A DNA stretch of 64,000 bases from an uncultured Candidatus Binatia bacterium. Its GTDB lineage: Bacteria; Desulfobacterota; Binatia; Bin18. The stretch is taken from contig OZ241744.1 of assembly GCA_965200965.1 (NCBI GenBank), forward strand, positions 2,528,001-2,592,000, given 5' to 3'. Made by a program: the position numbers and the translations under genes. The notes under the pieces are model-generated. The model searched no databases. It was not told the DNA's origin and saw only the letters and a program-made list of their open reading frames with translations. Shown here piece after piece: positions 56,881 through 64,000 of this stretch. How positions within the stretch are numbered: position 1 is the stretch's first letter; every line of letters starts with the position of its first letter.

Positions 56881-59800
56881 TCAGCCGATTGTGTGGAGCT
56901 GGTGCAGGACGGCCCAACGCGGGTCATGGCGTTTGTGTCGCATCCGTTTGCCGACCTGGCTGCCGCAGATCTCGGGAAAAGGGCACGGATAACAGGTGTC
57001 GGGGTGTGGAAAAAAGCAGCCGGACCGGATTCCCTCCAGCAGAGTGGTGAGGAGAGACCGCAGGACGCGGACTGACTCCGGCCAAGTTTCTTCGCTAAAC
57101 ATGGGGGTGACGGTATGGACACGCTGGCCGAGCCCGACATAGCTGGCCGATTCCCACGCCAAGTCAGGCCGCAGGCTGCGGGCCGCAAACAGATACAGCG
57201 GAAGTTGCAGGGCGGTCCCTGCGGCAAACAAGCGTGATGTCCTTGTGGGCCTTGTCACGATTGCCTGTGACCGACCGCGTGGCAGGTGGCCGGTTTTATA
57301 GTCAATGATCCGGGCTTTTACCTCAGTGGAAGACACATCGATCCGATCAATCCTGCCCTGCAAGCAAATAGGCTCCCCGTCTTCGAGGCTGAAGCTGACC
57401 GGTCGGTCAGGGAAAAACTGCGAGTCGCGTATTGGCGAGCGGTGAGGACGCTGCGGCTTTGCTGAACCAAAGGCGACCTCAAAAGCGTGGGGCACAAACT
57501 CTGATTCGTCCGCCGCCTCCTGATGGACCAGGCGAATCAGGCCTTCCCGCAACTGTTCCTGTTCAAGCTCCCATAGCAGAGGCAGGCCGGTGGGCTGAAG
57601 TTCGGCAAAACGGGTAAAGTGTTGGTCAGCAATGGGTATCAGCCGCCGGACCAAAAGCTGAGGGTCCTGGCCGTGCATGGGCAGTTGACCGGCCGCCTTC
57701 AACTGGGAGAAAAAGTCGTACACAATAGCGTGCAGCAGAAGGCCCCGCTGGCGAGGGCTGAGGGCCACCATCTCCTCAGCATCGTCCGTCGGAGTCAGAC
57801 CCAGCACATGACTGAGGAAATAGAGAAAGGGACACCGGGCGTAGGTTTCGAGGGCACTTGGCGAGACACAAACCCCGGAGGGAAACAGATGTTGGTGCAG
57901 CCTGCGCTTGGCCTCAGGAGCTTTGAGCAGACCGTCAAAGGCGGTGAGATGTGGACTGTCCAGACGTTGGCCGATCGCCTGCTGGGCGTAGGAAAAGGCG
58001 GGTGAGGCGAGCGGGAGATAGCCCAGGACACTCACATCGCCGCTGGCCAGCGCCTGCTCAACCGTCGCCAAGTGGAATTCGAGGGCATCTTGGGCCTGCT
58101 GGACGGACCCGGCGTACACTGGTGTCAGCGGGACGCGCTGACACCAGGCTTCCAGATCGGCAAAGGTTTGCACTTGACCCCGCAGGGCCTCAAGGACGCG
58201 CAACAGATACCAGGAGGGCAGCTGGGGACGGCCGCTCGCCTGGTCGTGGCTGGGATAGCTCAGGATGAGGTGTTCAACCGCACTCTGGGTAGCCAGACAG
58301 AACAGCAGACGTTCTTCCTCGGTGTGCTGACTGCGTTGGGCAAGCTCACAGCCGAGCGTCTCGGCCAGGTGTTGGCGTTCAGCGTCGAGCAGCAGCGGGT
58401 CTTGTCGAACGCTGCGCGGGAAGCCCCCGTCAACCATGCCGGGAATGATGACGGCTCGAAAACGGACGCCCCGAGCCGCGGACAGCTCACCGATGAAAAC
58501 GCCGTTGGTCTGACCGGTGGGGGAAAGACGATCCGTCTGTGTGGCAAGGGCCTGGCTGACGGCCTTCGCCCAGTCTTCAAGGCGTGGGGTGGGCGCGTCC
58601 TGTCTTGCGCTTTGCGACCGGTGAGGATGCTGCGTCTGGTCGCTCAGGTCAAGCTGGGCCAAATCCAGCAGCAGTTCTTCAATGTGGTCGGTATACACCG
58701 TCGTGCCGCTATAGGTGCGGTACAGCCGCCAGCTGTAGTCTGCCCAGGCGTGCCAACTCGGCCGGCTCGGCCGCGGCTCGGCCGCGGCGAACAGCCCACG
58801 CATAAAGGCCATGCACGCTTGCAACATGGGCAGAACGGCCGTGGCCTGGTCTGCACCTTTCTCGGCCTCGTAGGCTTTTTCAAGCTGGGCCAGACCGCGT
58901 TGCCACTCCCGGCGGCCGCTGACAATGCCTGCCTGCTGGACCAAGGCGTGCCAGCGGTCGGGCTGGGCGTGCTGAACCATAGCGTCCGGCAGCAGGCTGG
59001 CGTAGGGCGGCTGGCTGACACGCAGAAACTCAAACACCCGGTCAGGCGCGTAGTCTTCAACCAGCATACGACACAGCAGGTGCAGGGCTCGGCCGGCCGA
59101 GGTATGGAGCAGCGGCAGACCGCCGGACAGCCAGCTTGGGATGCCCAGATTCTTGAAGGTCTCGGTCAACAACGGACCGTAGCGGGCCGGGTCGCGCAGC
59201 ACGATCCCAATTTCAGAAAAACGGAGCCTGTGGTCGCGGACAAGAGACAGCACCATCCGACTGATCTCACGCGCCTCGCGGCTGTAACTCGGCGCTGCCA
59301 GGCAACGAACGGGGACGGCGCTGGCCGAAGAGATATCTTCATGGGGTCGGTCATCAACCCTGTCTGGTGTGGTCTGGGGCACCTCTTCAAAAAGGGAACG
59401 GTGGAGCCGAGACAGCCCGGACTCTGCCGAGCGGGCGAGAGGGGTAGAGGTGAACCCCAAGCTCCGCAGCCAGCTCAGCGTCGGCGTCGCATGGGCATAC
59501 GCGTTGCCCGCCCGCCAGGGAAAGAAAACCAAGCCGTCGCGGTCTTGCAGGGCGGCCACAATCAGACGCCGCTGGAGTGGGCTGAAGTCAGAGAACCCGT
59601 ACACAAACAGAGCGCCCGAAAGACGCCTCGGCCCGTCTTCCTCTCGTCTTTGTGATGCTTCAAGCTCAAGGGCGGCCTGTTCCAGCATATCCTGATCATC
59701 GTACAGCCGCCGGTCGGTGAGAAACCGCTGGTACTGCCCGTACAGCATGGCAAGACTTTCGATCTTTTTCCGGTAGACACCGCTCAGTCCTGCCCGAGTC

Positions 59801-60228
59801 ACAAAGGTGTGCAGGCCGTCTGCAGTGACGCCGGCGTGTTTACAATCGGCCAGGGTTTCCAACACGCTGGTGGGAAAGCTGGGCTGGTCGGCCAAGCCAC
59901 CAAACAGGTGCTCAGGGCCGAGCTGGGCGAGCAGATTTTTGACGATCAACGGAGCGGCCAGACGCGGCAGGGGCCGCCAGCCCTGTCGATCCAAACGGTC
60001 TTCGGCACACGCACGGGCAAAATCAATCAGGCGAAAAAACCGCACCCCCACATGGCCACGTCCAGCCCGGGCAATGGCTTGGCGCAGGTGGTCGGCCAGG
60101 GAATCGTGCGGCACAAGGATAGTCAGGGGGATGAGGGGCTGGACCGTCTGGACAGCTTGGACTGCGGCGATACAGGCGTCTTGCAGAACGCCGAACGCAT
60201 CCGTCACAAACACACGCCGTTGGGGCAT
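56881..60228 (-). CDS. addB: AddB-like PD-(D/E)XK nuclease subunit
   Basis: SPSALETYARCP, GRIDRID, IIDYKTG, LQLPLY, CYPCPFPEIC Fe-S motif. Confidence 0.9.
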   Translation of the reverse strand: MPQRRVFVTDAFGVLQDACIAAVQAVQTVQPLIPLTILVPHDSLADHLRQAIARAGRGHVGVRFFRLIDFARACAEDRLDRQGWRPLPRLAAPLIVKNLLAQLGPEHLFGGLADQPSFPTSVLETLADCKHAGVTADGLHTFVTRAGLSGVYRKKIESLAMLYGQYQRFLTDRRLYDDQDMLEQAALELEASQRREEDGPRRLSGALFVYGFSDFSPLQRRLIVAALQDRDGLVFFPWRAGNAYAHATPTLSWLRSLGFTSTPLARSAESGLSRLHRSLFEEVPQTTPDRVDDRPHEDISSASAVPVRCLAAPSYSREAREISRMVLSLVRDHRLRFSEIGIVLRDPARYGPLLTETFKNLGIPSWLSGGLPLLHTSAGRALHLLCRMLVEDYAPDRVFEFLRVSQPPYASLLPDAMVQHAQPDRWHALVQQAGIVSGRREWQRGLAQLEKAYEAEKGADQATAVLPMLQACMAFMRGLFAAAEPRPSRPSWHAWADYSWRLYRTYSGTTVYTDHIEELLLDLAQLDLSDQTQHPHRSQSARQDAPTPRLEDWAKAVSQALATQTDRLSPTGQTNGVFIGELSAARGVRFRAVIIPGMVDGGFPRSVRQDPLLLDAERQHLAETLGCELAQRSQHTEEERLLFCLATQSAVEHLILSYPSHDQASGRPQLPSWYLLRVLEALRGQVQTFADLEAWCQRVPLTPVYAGSVQQAQDALEFHLATVEQALASGDVSVLGYLPLASPAFSYAQQAIGQRLDSPHLTAFDGLLKAPEAKRRLHQHLFPSGVCVSPSALETYARCPFLYFLSHVLGLTPTDDAEEMVALSPRQRGLLLHAIVYDFFSQLKAAGQLPMHGQDPQLLVRRLIPIADQHFTRFAELQPTGLPLLWELEQEQLREGLIRLVHQEAADESEFVPHAFEVAFGSAKPQRPHRSPIRDSQFFPDRPVSFSLEDGEPICLQGRIDRIDVSSTEVKARIIDYKTGHLPRGRSQAIVTRPTRTSRLFAAGTALQLPLYLFAARSLRPDLAWESASYVGLGQRVHTVTPMFSEETWPESVRVLRSLLTTLLEGIRSGCFFPHPDTCYPCPFPEICGSQVGKRMRHKRHDPRWAVLHQLHTIG

Positions 60229-60305
60229 GTTGTCCTGCTTACGCGGTTTGTCTTTCTTTTTCAACGATTGTGTGGCTGACAAAGGGGACGCTGCTCTCCT
60301 CGTGA

Positions 60306-60791
60306 TCAGATTTGATCGAGCGCACACACCATCAGCAGCCCGTCTTCGCCGTCGGCGTAATACTTGTGTCGCACGCTGACCGTCTCAAAGCCGAATTTCC
60401 GATAGACCCCAATCGCCGCCCGGTTGCTGCGGCGGACCTCGAGATTGGCCCTGTGGGCTCCCGTCTGCCGGGCTTGGGCCAGGGTCTGGCCCAGCAGTGC
60501 CCGGCCGATCCCGCGGCGGCGACAGTCGGACTGGACGGCAATGTTGAGGATATGAACCTCGTCGATAATCAGCCAGCTACACACATAGCCGACAATACGG
60601 CCCTGGTGTTCAGCCACCACAAAACGCCCGTGGTGGTTGTGGAGTTCGTGGACAAAAGCGGTACGCGTCCAGGCGGTCGGATAGCTGGCACGTTCGATAT
60701 TGAGGATAGCCGGCAGGTCTGCCTCAGTGCAGGGGCGGAGCGATACTGCCCCGCCCGCTTGGAGCGGAGCCGTATCCCTGACGGTCTTCAC
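60306..60791 (-). CDS. rimI: Ribosomal protein S18 alanine N-acetyltransferase
   Basis: EVHILNIAV..RRRGIG, LEVRRSN, YY.DGEDG. Confidence 0.93.
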   Translation of the reverse strand: MKTVRDTAPLQAGGAVSLRPCTEADLPAILNIERASYPTAWTRTAFVHELHNHHGRFVVAEHQGRIVGYVCSWLIIDEVHILNIAVQSDCRRRGIGRALLGQTLAQARQTGAHRANLEVRRSNRAAIGVYRKFGFETVSVRHKYYADGEDGLLMVCALDQI

Positions 60792-60802
60792 CCTGCGCTC
60801 CG

Positions 60803-62158
60803 CTAGCGTTGAAACAGAATCACTTCGAGGGTTTTGTCCCGATAGCGGTGTTTAAAACTTGCGATGGGACGATCAAACGCAATCCGCTTGGTAAAATCGG
60901 GCGGAAAAGCGGGTGAGACAGATGCCAATTTGCGGATATCGGGGTCGGGCATGGTGCCCTTGATCAGAAACTGATCTCCCTGTAACGACAGCTCGTACTC
61001 ATAGTCGGGCATTGCATCGCCAATACCCATCTCTCGCTTGAGGGCAGAGACCGGCACACGGCGCGGAAACTCCAGGCGCAACAGGTAGGCGTTGCTCTCT
61101 TCTTCAACGCTATACGCCTCGCCATAGCGGCGTGAGCGTTCTGTCTTTTCGTCAAACTCGCTGCTGTAATAGCCCTCGACCGGAATAGCGCCCTGCTCTT
61201 GCGAATGCCTGGACCGCATCCCAAGAAACGGAGCGGCCAGGGGAGCGAGGGCCAAGCCGTACGGCGCGCCGCGGAACCTGGCCTCATCGCTTGCCACGCC
61301 TTGGAACAAAGCCTCACGCAGGCGGACTGCGGTCTCGCCCGAGGCGAGCAGCAGGCCAACAAAAATACTCGCGTTGGCCTGCTGGCTGAACAACTCGCCG
61401 CCCGTCGCGGTATAGGCGGCCAGACACAGGGCGGGATACAGAATCATGTTGAGCAGAACATTCATGCCCGTAGATGAGGCAGCGCTAAAGTAGCGCGGGT
61501 CATCGAGCGCTTCTTCCAGGGAGCTTTTGGTCGAAGCGGGCAGCGCACCGAGCAGCGGTTGCAGAAGAGCCACTGCCGAGCCGACTCCAAGAGGGGCGCG
61601 GGCCGGGGCAATACGGGACAGGGCGGCTTCGTAGCTCTCGGCCAACTCGCCGGGAAAGAGTTTTTCGCGGACCTCTTTTTTCGGGACTGAGGCTTTGGGG
61701 GCCGCCGGCTTTGAGGCGACCGCGGCTGGGGCCGCAACAGGAGCGGGAGCCGCGGTCGGTTCGGCCGCGCCGTTGATCTGTGAGGCGGGGGTTTCGGCAG
61801 GAGCCGCGGCCGACACTTCGGCTCCGCCGACCTTGAAACGGGATGGAAAATCACCCTCAAAGCTCTGGTCCGGGTGCAGATCTTTGGCACGCGCAATGAG
61901 AACATCTTCGGTCTCTGGAATGTCCGGGTCGGGGACGCAGCAATCGACCGGGCAGACGGCCGCGCAGGCTTCCTGCTCGTAAAACCCGACACATTCGGTG
62001 CATTTCTGAGGAACGATATAGAAGATATCTTCAGAGATGGCTGGTGATGTCGTGTCCCCGAGTTCCCATTCCACCCCGCCCTGGTAGATGGCGGTGTTGG
62101 GACACTCAGGCTCGCAGGCTCCGCAGTTGATGCAGTCGCTTGTGATCAGTGTCGCCAT
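60803..62158 (-). CDS. YfhL-like 4Fe-4S dicluster ferredoxin fused to an Ala/Pro linker, membrane segments and a C-terminal beta domain
   Basis: CINCGACEPECP and CTECVG.....AC..VCPVDCC at the N-terminus. Confidence 0.85.
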   Translation of the reverse strand: MATLITSDCINCGACEPECPNTAIYQGGVEWELGDTTSPAISEDIFYIVPQKCTECVGFYEQEACAAVCPVDCCVPDPDIPETEDVLIARAKDLHPDQSFEGDFPSRFKVGGAEVSAAAPAETPASQINGAAEPTAAPAPVAAPAAVASKPAAPKASVPKKEVREKLFPGELAESYEAALSRIAPARAPLGVGSAVALLQPLLGALPASTKSSLEEALDDPRYFSAASSTGMNVLLNMILYPALCLAAYTATGGELFSQQANASIFVGLLLASGETAVRLREALFQGVASDEARFRGAPYGLALAPLAAPFLGMRSRHSQEQGAIPVEGYYSSEFDEKTERSRRYGEAYSVEEESNAYLLRLEFPRRVPVSALKREMGIGDAMPDYEYELSLQGDQFLIKGTMPDPDIRKLASVSPAFPPDFTKRIAFDRPIASFKHRYRDKTLEVILFQR

Positions 62159-62312
62159 ACGGTCTCCTTACTCAAGACGTGTGCCCATTTCGTATCGGTT
62201 TTGCCGGAAACGGTCAACTTTGACCAGGGGCGGAGGGAGGATCTGGGTTGACACTAAGATATACTTGACGTGGGCTGGACCGGACCACCAACACTGACAA
62301 GGAGGAAAAGCA

Positions 62313-62783
62313 ATGACCACCAAAATGATGACCACGGCCGGGGTGCTGACCACCCTGCTGGCTCTCGGTGCCCCAACTGTGTCCGCGCAGCCGGAGCAGC
62401 AGGTGAACGTCCTGTACAATTACGATCCGTCCTGTAAAGTGGACGGCCGCTGCTTCTGCGGCACGGTGCCTATTCATATTCTTATTCGTGATCTTATTCG
62501 TGAGCCAGACCCATTGCTGCCGCTGCCTCTTCCGCGGCTGCAATGGGAACAAATGCGGCCCCATCCCAAGGCCGACTGAGCCGCCCCAGCCGAGACGATA
62601 AACATCAATACGGCCTGTGCCGAAGAACTCCAGACGCTGCCCAATATCGGCGAGAAAAAGGCCCAGGCCATCATTGACTACCGCACCGAGAACGGCGCGT
62701 TCACATCTCTTGAGGATATCAGGAATGTCCCTGGGGTCGGGGAGAAGACCTGTGAGAGATTGAAGGCCTTCCTGACGCTGTAA
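62313..62783 (+). pseudogene. comEA: ComEA-like helix-hairpin-helix protein with in-frame TGA at 62577-62579
   Basis: Signal-peptide ORF continues in the same frame past TGA into ININTA..EELQTLPNIGEKKAQAIIDYR...VPGVGEKT. Confidence 0.8.
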
Positions 62784-62822
62784 GAACACGGGCGGGGCCT
62801 CACCCGCCCCACCGCATGGGGC

Positions 62823-63104
62823 TCATGTCCCTGCATGTTTGGCATCGCACTCGGCCCGGCACTGATTTGAATACTCGTCGGCCTCGGTGCCGCACTCACT
62901 CAGCCGATCAAACGCCTCCTGGGCGCGCAGTCTGTCAATACATTCCTGGTTGAGCTTCTCCGAAGCTGACCGACACTCGCTCCGACACGCCGCCAAGGGA
63001 CTCGGCGGCTTTGGCTTGGGTGGCTCTTTTTCTTCCTGACACGCCGTCAGGAACAGGAAGCCGAGGCCAAATAGAAGCCCTGCGACTGCTTTCCAGTGGT
63101 TCAT
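62823..63104 (-). CDS. Small Cys-rich lipoprotein
   Basis: Lipobox LTAC; six further Cys including two CxxxC; GGAGG RBS. Confidence 0.75.
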   Translation of the reverse strand: MNHWKAVAGLLFGLGFLFLTACQEEKEPPKPKPPSPLAACRSECRSASEKLNQECIDRLRAQEAFDRLSECGTEADEYSNQCRAECDAKHAGT

Positions 63105-63248
63105 GCCATGCCCTCCACCATCGCTTCCCTTGATATGCGCTCCCTGCTTTCATACCATTGATGTTGCGGCGCGAAAAGGGGAGAAGCAGGAGCCCCCAGT
63201 GCGCCGGATTGTGGATCAATTCTGACCCAACAGACAACAACACCAGGC

Positions 63249-64000
63249 ATGGGTACCAAGGCCACACCGTCATCGTCCAACTCCCAGCCGGCGACCGACT
63301 TTGCCACCAAGCTGGCCACCCTGCCGACGCGGCCCGGGGTGTATCTGTTCAAAGACAGGCGCGGCCGGGTCATCTATGTCGGCAAAGCGAAAAGCCTGCG
63401 TGCCCGCGTCCGGCAATACGCCCGGGGGGGGGACGGGCGACCCCAGATCCGTTTCCTGCTGGCCCAGCTGGCCGATGTAGAGGTCCTGGTCACCCAGAGC
63501 GAAAAAGAAGCCCTGCTGCTTGAAGACACGCTCATCAAGCAGTATACGCCCCGCTACAATATCCAGCTCAAGAACAATACCGGCTACTGGCATGTCAAAA
63601 TTACCAGCCAGGACGCCTGGCCGCGCATGCTGTTGACCCGCCAAGTGAGGAAAGACGGCAGCCGTTATCTAGGGCCTTTTCATTCCAGCCGGGCGGTGCA
63701 GGACACCCTGGAAATCATCCGCAAAGTGTTTCCCCTGCGGACTTGCTCAGACCCGGTGTTTCGCAACCGGACCCGCCCCTGCCTCGAATACCAGATCAAG
63801 CGCTGCTTAGGGCCGTGCGCGCTGCCGGTCGAGCCGGACGAATATCAGCGCCAGCTCAAGGGCGCGCTGCTGCTCCTTGAAGGCAAAAATACCCAGCTTA
63901 CAGCCCAACTGACGACCCGCATGAACGAGGCGGCCGCAGACCTGCGCTACGAAGCCGCGGCCCGCCTGCGGGATCAACTCCGGGCTGTTCAGCAGACCAC
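63249..64000 (+). CDS. uvrC: Excinuclease ABC subunit C, 3' end outside window
   Basis: Manual translation LPTRPGVYLFKD...IYVGKAKSLRARV, PRYNI, CLEYQIKRC.GPC, YEAAARLRD. Confidence 0.95.
   Translation, partial: MGTKATPSSSNSQPATDFATKLATLPTRPGVYLFKDRRGRVIYVGKAKSLRARVRQYARGGDGRPQIRFLLAQLADVEVLVTQSEKEALLLEDTLIKQYTPRYNIQLKNNTGYWHVKITSQDAWPRMLLTRQVRKDGSRYLGPFHSSRAVQDTLEIIRKVFPLRTCSDPVFRNRTRPCLEYQIKRCLGPCALPVEPDEYQRQLKGALLLLEGKNTQLTAQLTTRMNEAAADLRYEAAARLRDQLRAVQQT

Noticed and set aside
6354-59651. Repeats as a CRISPR array
   Set aside because: Copies are dispersed, with no regular repeat-spacer period and no cas genes.
62577-62620. Selenocysteine recoding of the comEA TGA
   Set aside because: No convincing SECIS-like hairpin after the codon, and the position is a linker, not a catalytic Cys site.
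1-64000. tRNA, rRNA, integrase or transposase genes
   Set aside because: None recognised by eye; any enzyme mobilising the palindromic elements would have to be encoded elsewhere.

Overview
GC-rich bacterial chromosomal window. Gene content suggests a deltaproteobacteria-like lineage such as Binatia, but this is inference only. It holds: rluB-scpBA-site-2 protease; a large phosphate cluster (ppk1, ppx, mgtE, phnA, phoX, OprO/P porin, pstSCAB-phoU-phoBR) with Pho-box-like repeats, interrupted by a three-gene polymorphic-toxin-like island; a NorD/CbbO-like VWA gene; ilvE; a PadR-led ExbB/ExbD-VWA-TPR-ExbB/ExbD cluster; proS, ispD and carD, with an EcoRI-like R-M pair between carD and ispD; anmK, rpoD, argA, addAB, rimI, a ferredoxin fusion and uvrC; and two broken genes (type II pantothenate kinase, comEA). 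The main unexplained signal is two families of short (about 45 and 52-54 bp) palindromic elements, more than 20 copies or fragments, many inserted in frame in conserved genes (phoR, proS, anmK, addAB, argA, an SDR), where they add peptides. Other candidates are an apparently circularly permuted SCP2 protein and two sRNA-like hairpin units with C-rich loops. All calls come from reading the sequence by eye; no database search was run.
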